Below, one piece after another: positions 1-11,200 of a stretch of DNA of 64,000 nucleotides. The notes under the pieces are model-generated. The model was not told the DNA's origin. It saw only the letters and a program-made list of their open reading frames with translations, and did not search any database. Position 1 is the stretch's first letter. Each line of letters opens with the position of its first letter. This DNA comes from Candidatus Omnitrophota bacterium (GTDB lineage: Bacteria > Omnitrophota > Gorgyraeia > Zapsychrales > JAHFFX01): positions 6,934 to 70,933 of the forward strand of contig JAHFFY010000007.1 in assembly GCA_023247705.1 (NCBI GenBank), in the 5' to 3' direction. Made by a program: the position numbers and the translations under genes.

Positions 1-25
1 ATTTGAACAAACACATGACTGAAAA

Positions 26-808
26 TTATTTCTGAAAGATCTCCTTCAAAAACGTCTGCAATTCCTGCCAGGATTTTGCATCGGCCTCGGCGTTATAACC
101 TATATCGAGATTAAATTCTTTGGCGTATTCATCCGCGTCGGGGTTCGTGAAACTATGTTTGGCGCCTTCATAAGTGATAAACTTATAATTGACTTGAGCA
201 TCATCCATTTCCTTCTTAAACGCCGTAATCTGTTCAGGAGAAGAAAACGAATCATCCGCGCCATGACAGACCAATACCTTCGCCTTCACTTCTCCGGGCT
301 GGGCCGGCGTCTGCGTTGCATAGCTCCCATGAAAGCTGGCGACCCCTTTTAAATCAACGCCCAGACGGGCCATATGTAAAACCGTCGCGCCCCCAAAACA
401 ATAACCAATGGCAGCGATTTGCTTTGAATTAACCTTATAATGTTTTTTTAAAATACCCATGGCCGCTTCAAAACGCTCCTTGCCGACCGTATCCATATGC
501 TGCATCACCGCTGAGGAAAATTCTCCGGCCTGATCGGGGTGACCGGCTGTTTTACCGTTCCCATACATATCCACAGCCAAAGCAACATACCCAAGTTCGG
601 CTAACATATCCGCGCGCTTACGAGCATAAGCGTTATGTCCCCACCATTCGTGAACAACGAGGATCCCAGGACGTCTCTCTTTAAAGCTGTCATCATAAAC
701 AAGATAACCTTGGAGGTCTTTTCCGTATTCCACCACTTCTCCCACCAGCTCGGCCTGCGCGTAAGTAGACATCAAAAGAAAAAATATGACCCAAAAAAAA
801 TTTTTCAT
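26..808 (-). CDS. Dienelactone hydrolase family protein, secreted
   Basis: Signal peptide (AQA), HEWWG, nucleophile motif GYCFGG, HGADD and HSF catalytic His; SD GAGG upstream. Confidence 0.9.
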   Translation of the reverse strand: MKNFFWVIFFLLMSTYAQAELVGEVVEYGKDLQGYLVYDDSFKERRPGILVVHEWWGHNAYARKRADMLAELGYVALAVDMYGNGKTAGHPDQAGEFSSAVMQHMDTVGKERFEAAMGILKKHYKVNSKQIAAIGYCFGGATVLHMARLGVDLKGVASFHGSYATQTPAQPGEVKAKVLVCHGADDSFSSPEQITAFKKEMDDAQVNYKFITYEGAKHSFTNPDADEYAKEFNLDIGYNAEADAKSWQELQTFLKEIFQK

Positions 809-970
809 GTTGCCTCACTTTCGTTTTCTTATGAAAAAGACTTGTTACGTTATTTATGAAAAAATTTTCGAGATTAAAAAATAATATCAAGTTGAATTAT
901 TATATCCTTAATCCATTCCACGAGAAGTAAAATTTCTCGCGTGTGGGTATCGCATGAAAGGAACCAAAAC

Positions 971-1147
971 GAAACCCGGGCAGACATTTTGCCGAGGATT
1001 TGTTCTCCTTCACAAAAATAATAATACCGACTCTTTTTGCTGCGGAGGAATTATTCTGCGAGAAAACATTCCTGCGAAGCAAAACTAAGAGATTCTATCC
1101 GTTTTGCGTAGCAGAATAATTCGAAACAAAATTTCTGCCCGGGTTTC
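971..1147. repeat. Nested inverted repeat / structured intergenic element
   Basis: GAAACCCGGGCAGA-CATTTTG (971-991) pairs with CAAAAT-TTCTGCCCGGGTTTC (1127-1147); GAATTATTCTGC (1048-1059) pairs with GCAGAATAATTC (1111-1122). Confidence 0.6.
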
Positions 1148-1167
1148 CTACGAATTCCCAGACTGTC

Positions 1168-3210
1168 CTAAAATTTAATATTCACCCCCAAATCAAAATT
1201 TCTCCCCGGAGCCGGATAAAAACTTTCAGCGCTAGAAAAGGCCGACTTAGTCACCGTAGTCGAATAAAGTTGATTAAACAAATTATTAATCGCACCATAG
1301 ATCTCGTAATTCGGTTTCTTATACGCGATCTTCGCATCGACCGTAAAATAAGGTTCGACTTTCGGGGCCTCATTCGTCAGATCATTAATGGCAAATTGAG
1401 AACCGACATAATTACCGAATAAAGAAAAATTGTATTCATCCCATAACTGCGTTACGATCCCGCTGCTGACCTGCTGGCGGGGGACCAACGGAATTTGTTT
1501 ATCATCATTAACGCCACCGATAAAAAGCGGTTTCTGATAAGTATAATTGGTCGTGATTTTAAACTTCTTCAAGACATTTCCCTTGATGAATTTTGACAAA
1601 TCCGTTTCCTGTCCGATTTCAACGCCCGCACGCCGCGTCTCGTCATAATTGCTGTTCGTGAAGGTCGTCGGATCAAAAAAGATTTCATCATGGATATCCA
1701 TCAAATACGGCGTCACGCTGATCTGCAAGGCATCGTTGATCGAATGCTTTACCCCGACTTCATACTGAATTCCTTTTTGTTGTTCAAGGGTTGTATCCAA
1801 TGTTCCGGTGAACGAACTGTACCACTCATCGGTCGCCAAAAACCGGAAAGTTCTCTGGACGCTCGCATGAAGATTCGAACCTTTGGCGTATTCATACTTG
1901 AGCCCTCCCATATAAACCAGAACATCCGGATCTTGCTTTTCGTCCACGTTGACGCCGTTTCTCTGGCTGAAGGCATAATCCGCCTTATAATACCGGAGGC
2001 CTCCGTTAATAAAAATATCCGTCAGGGCTTCATATTCCGCAAAACCATAAATACCGATATCACTTCGCGAAACCGTCAGGTCGTCGGAATTAAAGCCGCT
2101 GCCAATAATATTATTCTCCGTGTCATAAAAATCCAGCCCGGTCACGAAATTCACCTCTTTATCAAAAACCGTATGATCAAACATATATTTTGCGGTGATG
2201 CCGGTTGTATTGATCGAACGGCTCGTATCGAATCCGCCGAAACTATCGAAAACATCCCGGTCGCGAAAATACAAATCAAGCGCGAGCGACCCCAGATAAA
2301 GATCTTCCGGCCACGGGGCCACATTGAACCCTAACTTTAAATTTTGGTCCCGGCTGTTGGCAAAATCTTCCGGTCTGGTGCTGGCCCGCGGCCCCATCGC
2401 CGATAGATTGGCACCGCTTAAAGCCCCGGGCAAACCATAATCATCTTTATGATACGAAAATTCGACGTCTCCGGTCATTTTCTTCGATACTTCATAAGCC
2501 AGATGAGTGCTGAAATCTTTGGCCAACACATCACTGTTCTGGCGATAACCGTGATCGTCGTCGTAACTGGAATAAAAAAAATAAGAAAGTTGATTCTTCG
2601 ATCCAGACACTTCCAGATCCGTTCCGCGGGCATCAAAACTTCCCCCGTGAAATCCCACCCGGCCGGAAAGATTTCCTTCTCCTTTTTTTGTAATAATATT
2701 AACAACCCCGCCAACCGCCCGATCGCCGTAAAGAACCGATCCGGCCCCGCGGACAATCTCAATGCGTTCAACAGCGCTTAACGGAATTTGCAATAAATCC
2801 GGAGAGGAAATATCGACCGTATTTAAAACACGGTCATTGACCAAGACCAGAACATTCCTTGACGCTGAGTCGCCAAATCCGCGGATATCCAAAACAGAGG
2901 TCTTATTTGTACTGTTGTTGACGACATGGACATTCAAGGCCTCGGTCAAGATGTCCGGAATACTTCGGGCGTTTGATTCTTCAATATCCTCTGAATCGAT
3001 CACCATCACATTCCCCGTGACCCTATAATCATGTTGGGCCATCCGGCTGGCGGTGATCACAATTCTCCCTAATGGGATGGTATCTTCATCGTCCATTTCG
3101 TTGTCTTGGGCAAAGACAATTCCTGAGCCCGTTGTCAAATTTATTATCAGAGAAAAACTCAACAATAAAAAACCTAATAACTCAATAACCTGAATTCTTG
3201 CTCTTTTCAT
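1168..3210 (-). CDS. btuB: TonB-dependent receptor, BtuB-like cobalamin transporter
   Basis: IVITASR TonB-box region, plug motif VERIEIVRGAGSVLYG..AVGGVVNIITK, INNLFN, C-terminal Phe; cobalamin riboswitch upstream. Confidence 0.85.
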   Translation of the reverse strand: MKRARIQVIELLGFLLLSFSLIINLTTGSGIVFAQDNEMDDEDTIPLGRIVITASRMAQHDYRVTGNVMVIDSEDIEESNARSIPDILTEALNVHVVNNSTNKTSVLDIRGFGDSASRNVLVLVNDRVLNTVDISSPDLLQIPLSAVERIEIVRGAGSVLYGDRAVGGVVNIITKKGEGNLSGRVGFHGGSFDARGTDLEVSGSKNQLSYFFYSSYDDDHGYRQNSDVLAKDFSTHLAYEVSKKMTGDVEFSYHKDDYGLPGALSGANLSAMGPRASTRPEDFANSRDQNLKLGFNVAPWPEDLYLGSLALDLYFRDRDVFDSFGGFDTSRSINTTGITAKYMFDHTVFDKEVNFVTGLDFYDTENNIIGSGFNSDDLTVSRSDIGIYGFAEYEALTDIFINGGLRYYKADYAFSQRNGVNVDEKQDPDVLVYMGGLKYEYAKGSNLHASVQRTFRFLATDEWYSSFTGTLDTTLEQQKGIQYEVGVKHSINDALQISVTPYLMDIHDEIFFDPTTFTNSNYDETRRAGVEIGQETDLSKFIKGNVLKKFKITTNYTYQKPLFIGGVNDDKQIPLVPRQQVSSGIVTQLWDEYNFSLFGNYVGSQFAINDLTNEAPKVEPYFTVDAKIAYKKPNYEIYGAINNLFNQLYSTTVTKSAFSSAESFYPAPGRNFDLGVNIKF

Positions 3211-3223
3211 TTTCCCTCCATAA

Positions 3224-3261
3224 ATAAAAAACTCCCAATCGATCCTACCTCGATTGGGAGT
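3224..3261 (-). terminator. Intrinsic terminator (riboswitch expression platform) before btuB
   Basis: 12-bp stem ACTCCCAATCGA/TCGATTGGGAGT (3231-3261) followed on the minus strand by TTTTTATT, just upstream of the GGAGG SD. Confidence 0.85.
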
Positions 3262-3335
3262 GCACCCAGTTCTCTTCTTCCCAAAATCTATCCTATTGAT
3301 TACTGTCTCTCGCAGTAAAAATAGTTTTAATTATA

Positions 3336-3620
3336 CTGGCAGTATTCTGACTTCTGGACTCACAATCCCCACTGATGTTTGTGACGTTCAGTGGCAAGCC
3401 TACTCCCTAACCTTCTCATCCCTCAATCCGAATAAACGGGACAATGGTGATACCCTGTTTCAGGGCTTTCTCTATTTGATCGTAATGAACATGATCTTAT
3501 AGAATAGGTTTCGTTTCCAGTTACAGCGGCGGGACCGCTCCGTATTCTCAACGGATTTCCTTTCGGACCAAAATGTTCGATGGATATTTTTGCCAGAACA
3601 TTCGGTACCGAATTCCTTTA
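3336..3620 (-). ncRNA. Cobalamin (AdoCbl) riboswitch
   Basis: Minus strand reads AGGAAATCCGTTGAGAATACGGAGCGGTCCCGCCGCTGTAA ... CCATTG ... GAGAAGG ... B12-box AGTCAGAATACTGCC; lies upstream of a TonB receptor. Confidence 0.9.
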
Positions 3621-3670
3621 TTGAATAAAAAACTCAATAAACGGAAGCCAATACAAAGAAATATAGTGTA

Positions 3671-4174
3671 TTAAAGAACATGCGCAAAGCGCGTGCCTGC
3701 AAGACGATTTTTGATCGCCTCATAAGCGCTAAAGAAAATAAATGTATAAATCAATGTCGCCAAAAGTTCATTTCTAAAGAACGGCAAAGCCAGGATAAAA
3801 CATTCAGATAAACCGTTCCAACCGAGCGGATATAATCCGGAAACCAACCAGACGCCTAAATTCGTGATAAAGAAAAACAACAAAGAAGAGGCCACGCTGA
3901 CCCAAAAGGTATTTTGAAAATTATTCTTCCCTCGCATTCGGTCGCCTATCCAAGCAATCAACAAAACACTTCCCCAGGTGAAAGGCATTGTTGCATGAAC
4001 ACCCAGAAAAAGATCGCTGACAATTAAAATCAAAACCGGCAATAAGACCGAATATGTTTTCTTAAAATAAATACCACTGAATAAAGCAATGGCAATAATC
4101 GGGGTAAAATTGGGGATATGAATAATAACTCTCGAGAGGAAACCTAAAACTATAAAGACGAATGGAACCATCAA
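3671..4174 (-). CDS. DUF6580-like membrane protein (ECF S-component/BtuM-like, putative cobalamin transport)
   Basis: PNFTPIIAIALFSG, SDLFLG, FFFITNLGVW and ALPFFRN motifs; about 6 TM segments; adjacent to B12 riboswitch and btuB. Confidence 0.7.
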   Translation of the reverse strand: MMVPFVFIVLGFLSRVIIHIPNFTPIIAIALFSGIYFKKTYSVLLPVLILIVSDLFLGVHATMPFTWGSVLLIAWIGDRMRGKNNFQNTFWVSVASSLLFFFITNLGVWLVSGLYPLGWNGLSECFILALPFFRNELLATLIYTFIFFSAYEAIKNRLAGTRFAHVL

Positions 4175-4324
4175 CGCTCCTATTTTTTAATAAAACAAGT
4201 TCAAAAAAGTCGTAGTTACTATATCACGAAAATATTTTTCGTCAAATTTTTAATTGGGTTCATGTGAAACGCAAAACGGCAGGGCCCATTGCAAAATCCG
4301 GGTTCAAGGTATCCCTTGTAGCAA

Positions 4325-4367
4325 AAATATAATGGGGACGGTTATGAATAACCGTCCCCATTATATT
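4325..4367. terminator. Intrinsic terminator downstream of 4414..4983
   Basis: Long inverted repeat AATATAATGGGGACGGTTAT/ATAACCGTCCCCATTATATT with A/T flanks. Confidence 0.8.
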
Positions 4368-4413
4368 CAAAATTACTGACCTATCCAGCAAGCCTCATAA
4401 TTCGATATCGCTG

Positions 4414-4983
4414 TTATTTACTCTCTTCGGTCTTGGGGGCGTTCATGATCGAAGATCCAGCACCTGCGGCGGCTCCTGCTCCCGCAGGCACGCGATTATT
4501 GTTCGCGTCATAAGAATAACGCTCGTGATCGTTGACCTTATGAATTTGAACATTAATCACCAATACAATGCCGCCCTGATCAGCCAAATCAAAATCCAGA
4601 TCCACGCTATCACCAGTTGTTGTGTCTTTGAAAATAGCACAAGCGAAGTAACTCGTCTCCGTTTTTCCAACTTTGTCCTGGACTGTTGCCAAAGTTAACT
4701 TGCGAACACTTCCTGTTCCCGTATCTTCAATTGGTAACGTTCCTTCTTCTGATTTTGCCTTAATATAATTATCAATCGCGACCTTGACAGCATCTATGGA
4801 TGGTGCTGGCATTTCCATAGCGGTACCGTCGCCCCCCGTTCCCATATCAGGCATCGGCGGCGTCATCAGCGCCGATGGGACAGCCCCACTAGCGCCTTGA
4901 TCAGCCGATTCTGCAGCAAAACCAACGGACGCTATTCCGATAGCAAACATCAATGCAATCATCGCCATAACTAACTTTCTCAT
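4414..4983 (-). CDS. Secreted hypothetical protein
   Basis: Signal peptide ending GFA, SD GGAGG, Met/Pro-rich linker followed by a beta-rich domain. Confidence 0.75.
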   Translation of the reverse strand: MRKLVMAMIALMFAIGIASVGFAAESADQGASGAVPSALMTPPMPDMGTGGDGTAMEMPAPSIDAVKVAIDNYIKAKSEEGTLPIEDTGTGSVRKLTLATVQDKVGKTETSYFACAIFKDTTTGDSVDLDFDLADQGGIVLVINVQIHKVNDHERYSYDANNNRVPAGAGAAAGAGSSIMNAPKTEESK

Positions 4984-5263
4984 TCAATAATCCTCCTTCT
5001 CTTTAATTGCTTCAAGAGACTAAAATCTAAATAATAGATAAATTTTTTAAAAATGAATTTTTAATTCTCAATCAAAGAATCGAAGATTAGATTTTCACCC
5101 CCTTCCATTTCATCTGATCTTTCTCAATCCCCTATGCAAACAAAAGGCCTCTTAAGAGGCCAATACATTCAATTCATTATGCTTTTTATTGTATGTTGTC
5201 AGTTTAATTTATCAAGAAAAAAAGAGGTTTTTTTGATTCTGAGCATCATCAATGCCAAAAATA

Positions 5264-8200
5264 TTATCGCGCAGAATAACTCAATTGTTCTCGTGCTGGC
5301 TGGCTGAGCCCGAGTAAAAACGGGAGATCTGTCACCGGAGTAATCTGCAGGATCACGGGGGTCAACCCGTTTATGGGGATGATTTCTAAATTTTGTTCAT
5401 TAGGCACAGCAGCGCCATCTGTTCCCTGGCCTTGAACCTGAAGGTTAAAATGAGCAGGATTCAAATCAATACCACCGGGGGGAGATCGTTTGTTTTGTCC
5501 AGCCATATCCATTATCGAACCGCGCTGATCCGGCCGATGATCCAAGCCTATCGATTTGGCGGCTTGCGAAATAGCGTGGACAGGCATCCGTCCGGCCACG
5601 TTCGCTAAAGGAAGCTGCATCTCCAAATTGGTGAGGAATCGCTCATTCAAATCATCCGACGACTTCAACAATGCCCTATCCGCCCCTTGATACGCTTCTT
5701 CTTCCCAGTCACTGCTATTCGTCAGCCAGATGGCGGCCATGTATTTCATCGATTCGGCAAATGTCCCGACACGATCATGGGTAAAATTGCTCAAATGCAC
5801 AGGCAAGCCGGTCGTCCACAAATCAGAAGATACAAAAAAATCGACCATATACTGTTCCAGTAAGTGGGCTAGTTCGTGATCGATTGTATTGGTAGCTTCA
5901 TCCAGAATAGATAACCTCGGATCACTGCGTCCTATATGGCTGGCGAGCCCTCTTCGCAAAAACATCGTCTTTCGATTTTCATAAGTACTAAACGCGCCTT
6001 CAAAAAAAACACGATTGTCCGTCAGTAAGACACGTTCGATTCCGACCAGTTTCCCCGGCTGCAAGGCCGAAGCAATCAATTCTTTCTCCAAATTCGTGTA
6101 TTCATCCGGGTTGACCAGATAGGCGGCAGGATTTTTCATTTGTTCATGACCGGTTTCAATGCCACTCGCTTGTCTTAATATCTCTTGATATCCCGCGATC
6201 GTCCTGACATCCGGGATATCCGCCCTGTTCACTCTTAAGCCAATATCTTCCAGCATCTCAATATTCCGTCGGGCTAAATCCCGGCCTTGTCTATTCCTGT
6301 CCAATTCCTCTTGAATCGCGATGCGTTCCAGCAAAAGACTGGTCGTCTTGCCTTGAACCGGGGCCTTTAACATCAGAATCAATTTGAGAACTTTCTTCTC
6401 ATAATCCAACCCCGGCTGAGAAGAAATCAAATTTAATAATTCCTGGGGTGTGATCTCATTATATTGACCGTCGTTAATCCGCTGGGCCAGGCGAACAACC
6501 GGGGCATCGTTAAAATCAATACTTTTCCAATAATGATCGTTCGATCTCCATTCCGTCGGAAAATTTAAAAATGTAAACTGGGGATCTGTCTCGCTCAAGG
6601 TCTTTTGAGCGATTAATTTAAAAAGTTCAATGGCCACATATTTCTGGACATACGGGAGATAATAGGTATCGCCGTGTTCAAAGTCGCTTCTTCCTCTAAT
6701 CATCGGAAGTGGGATCTGGAGATTGAGCCCCAGCTCTTTGATATGTCGCCGTAATCCAGGTGGAACCAATTTAAGGTAAGGCTCCGGAATCTCCGACACT
6801 CTCAACCCAACGCGATCTACCACCTGTAACGGCATGTCCTTGGTGGCAATGAGCCTGAACTGACCAAAGGTTGTCATCTGGGCATCCCCGAATCGAGGGA
6901 TTGTAAAATCAATCTCACTCACGACCTTACTGTCCACGTTTAATTGCCGTAACCGTCGAACGTTATCGGTATAATTGACGAAATAGATCTTGAAATCATC
7001 CGTCTGGGCCAAGCCGGTAAATATTTTCCATGTCCGCTGGGAGAGCATCTGGTCCAATTCGGGGATTGTATTTTCCTCTGCTTTAACCCTGCGAACAGTC
7101 ACGCCTTCCCGGATGTTGGGATTAGTGATCTTGCGCATACGGACCAATTTAAAATCGATAAAATTTCCATTCTCATCTTTGATGACATCTACGACAAACA
7201 TATAACGGCGAATACCGTTATTGTTGATCAACTCCAGCCGGTCGACCCCTTCGAAGGTGGTCAAACCTCCCGTCCCAAAAAAACCGGTCGTCCCTTGCTG
7301 TGCGCCGAACTCTTTAGTTGATTTACGGGCGACCCACATGGCAAATTCCTGCAACAACCCCGTCCCGTCATCCGCAATCTCCTCAACAAATTCCCTTTTG
7401 CCGGTCTCTTGATTGGTCCGCAGGTAATAACTGATCTCTAATTTTGAGGCACGGGCATCTTTACTGTTTTGAGTCAATTCCGCTGTGTAGGCGCCGGATT
7501 CCCGTTGGACTTTGCTATCCCGGACCAAATCCATTTGGGCGTTCTGGGGCGCGCCGGGCAATTGATGACGATGTTCGATAAAATAATCGACATCCATAAC
7601 GATCTTCCTCGCTTCCTGCAAGACCCGGTAGACCGCGGATTGATAGGGCATAAACCGGTACTGCAAGACCACGTCGGATTCTTTTTCCAATTTCTTGATG
7701 ACCTTGCTTTGAGTCTCATCAATATACCCGCGGGCCACCAAATCCTGCCAAAGTCCGTCCACATCCTCGACACCGATTTTGCTGAAACTTTTTTTCACAA
7801 TATTGCCGTACTGATCGTCCTTGGGGCGCCGCTCCTCTTCCTCCGCGATCCGGGCTAAACTGGTCCCTCCCCGCTCAAGATCAACATCTTCACCCTCCGG
7901 AAGAAACATAGCTTTCTCTTCCGAAGATTCTTCCCGGACCTGATCTCCGTCACTGGTCAAAAAGCTGGCAAAAGATCTCGCATCGCCCAAGGCGCGTGTT
8001 GAATCCGGATGATTGATGAAATCTGTCAAATCGGCCAATTCAACCGACGCAAAAGAAGTCAGCCATTTCGCAAGAAACCGTTCCATCGTCTGCGGCCTGG
8101 CCCGTAAAATCTTATCCAACTGTTTATTCATCGTCTCGATGTTCTGCGGCCCTTTATCCGCGACAAAAAAGAGAAAATCCAAAATCTTTTTCAAATCAAC

Positions 8201-11200
8201 CAACTTCATCTGTTTATTCGTGATCTGGTTTAACCGGTCAATCAATTCTCCGAACTTAGGGATCAAAGATAATTGTTCCTGGCTGCCGACTTTAAATCCG
8301 TATCCCAGCAATTCAAAAAGATAACGATACAAAACCTCTTCACCTAATTCAGAATCTTTAACCAACTTTTCCATCACGGTCTCGAAAGACAAATCCCAAT
8401 GAACGGCTAATTCAAATAGCCCGCTGAACAGGTTGACATAAAAATCCCGCTGATAACTATATTCTTCTTTACGGATGAAGTCCCTGATCGTCGTGTTGTT
8501 AAGAAACCCGTCCAGAAAAATTTTCAACCGGGCCATCCGTCCGGCAAACCGGTCGAAAGGCAACGACGCCGTCGCATCGAAATCCTTTCCTTCTCTGACC
8601 GCTCGTTCAAAACGCGCCCGGACCTCCCGGAGTTGGGCCCGGTACAGTTCATCAAACAGAGGCGCTAGTCTCCGGTTAATCTCTCCCCGGGCGTTATATT
8701 CGCCGTAACCGGAATTGATTAATTCCAGGATGGGTTGATAAATCGATTGAACCCGCTTGACCCAAGCCTCTCTTCGTGTGACCACCTCTTGATTCCATTT
8801 CACGCGCGTTCCCGCATCCTGCTGCGCGGGGATCCCTTGCGTAACCTTGGCGTTGACGATCGTCTTGGGATCAAAATATTTTGTCTCCCCCGTGTCCGCA
8901 TTATGCAAAACAAAATAATCCCCGTTCACATCCACCACGGCAAAACCGGCCGGGATACCGCCGAGCAAAGGATATTGTTTTTCTGCGGAATCAATCAGCA
9001 TCCAAAAGCCTTTAATCGGACCGCCCCCTGTCCCTTGAATAGTAAAAATCTGTTGGCCCAGAAGATAAGTCTTGCTTTGATTCACAAAGGTTAAATGTGG
9101 ATCAAAATCGAACGCCTGATTGCCCACTTTGACTTTGGAAATTCCTTCTTTGGAATTAAAATACCGGACGTTCCCTCCTTTTAAAGAACTCACGGCGCTG
9201 TGTTCTGGAATTGATTCTAAAAGCGTCGAGCCCATGAAATCGTTTCCAGTCTTTAAATCATAAATACCTGCCCCAGACATGAGACTTCGACCGTTACCCG
9301 AATCAAACCGATTAAAAACCATCACATCGGTCCCCGACAACCGGATGCTATCTCGTCCCTTATTAAATGGTGTTTCATCGTCGTATTTCAAAGAATCTCT
9401 CATCCCGGCGGGCCAGGTCGCCGGAACGCCTTGAGACGTCCGGTCCCAGATGGTTTTTTGCTGAGTATCGTAATTTTCCCAATAACGCGGCAAATCCTCC
9501 GGGGCAACCGGAAGCGAAGGCAATGCCTTTCCTGTCTTTCTATCAAAAGAATGAATTAATCCCGAGGCCACCATCACGTAAATATATTTTTGATCAGAGG
9601 AGATCCTGACCTCATTCAGATTCACAAAAATATTAGCCTGCTGATTGTCCTTCAGATTGACCACATATAATGAAGGGACCAGATTGCCTGAAGATGGTGT
9701 TTCAACTTTGCCCACCAGGATCGTTCCGGAGGAGTCAACTTCAACATGCTTGGTATCCCCCCATCCCACATAATCCTTTGTGAACAAATTAAGGAGACTA
9801 TACCCCGCATTGGTTTTTATAACAACCACATCGGCATTATCAAGCACGGTATATTCTTTATTGATCAAATCCGTAAGAATGATCTTAGGCGTCGGATGAG
9901 GATCATCATGATCATAATAAACCAGCTGGCCGGTTTCGGTACGGTGCACGGTGAATCTTCCCGACGGCGAAAGATGGATTTCTTGACTATTCGGCTCACC
10001 GGCTTTTAAATTGGGGTAACGGTTGGCATCGGAATCGATCGCGTTGATCCGCTTTAAAGTCAAAAGATCAACCACAAATTGATGGACACCATCTGTCAGC
10101 ACGGCCAGATGATCGTTATAAGTCAGCAACGTTTGATTCAACGATTTTAAATCATACCGGGCCAAGACCGGATCAGCCATCCGGATGATCTCGATCACTT
10201 GGCCGTTCTGATCGTAAGCCAAAAAAGTATCGGAATTAAGTCGAACATAGTTGACGATATCAGGATGACGCGCGGTGAGATTTCCCTGATTGTCCTTCAA
10301 GGCCGGGATCCCCTGATCATCCCACTCGATCGTCCAGCGATAAGGGGCATCATTTGGTTTGACGTCGTCTAACGTCAACTGCATCGTGGGAAAAATCTGG
10401 GTTGCCCCCGATCCGGCTTTGACGAAAATCGGATTCTCCGGTGCGCTTGGGTTAACATAATAAAGATCGCCGGTTTGCGGGTTAATCAGGAGAAAATAGG
10501 TCCCATCGAATAAAATCTGCGTGTAAATATCCGGAGAAACACCTGGAATCATTTTGATATCATTTAATTGAGCCAGCGATTGGAAGTTATAAGTCCCTAC
10601 GGATGTATCATGAATGACACGATACGTCGCGGGAACCGCGTCAATAGCCCCCTGAATGATCGTAGCAACTGTCGGATGACCGTTAAACCATCCTTGTTGG
10701 ACCACCTCTCCCTTAGGGGTACGAAAAACAATCAAACCGGGATTAGCATTGTACCCGGCAATTTCGTCGGAGACCGAAACTGTAAATGCATAACCGTTCA
10801 CCGGATCAATTGCATTGGAATTATTCGGATACCTGTGGTCAATGATCAGGCCTAAAGTCCGATCGAAATAAATGCCGCGTTGATTCAAATGCTGTAATGG
10901 AGATGCATTCACAAAGTCCAAAAACAGAGGCGGGAAGATCTGCTGATTTGGGTCGGCGCCAACTTGGCCGTTGATTCCGCCCAGGGTTATACCGAAGGCC
11001 GTATAATATTCTAAATGGATGCCAGTTAAACTTTTTTGCCACGGAGTCAGATTTCCGTCCTGATCTAATTCATATAAATCTCCCGAATCTGATGTTAAAC
11101 GAAAATAGACTTCATCTCCTTTGTAAATGGTAGAAATTTCAGCAATCCGAACGCCATAATCAGCCCTTTTCTTGACCTCTTTACTCTTATGAAAAAAGAT

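Noticed and set aside
900-1082. 60-aa ORF in the btuB/hydrolase gap
   Set aside because: Overlaps the inverted-repeat structure; non-ATG start, no SD, no protein-like features
4262-4322. Resemblance to a c-di-GMP-I riboswitch (also 46650-46700)
   Set aside because: Only short GCAAA-like words are present; the P1/P2/P3 stems and tetraloop-receptor could not be built
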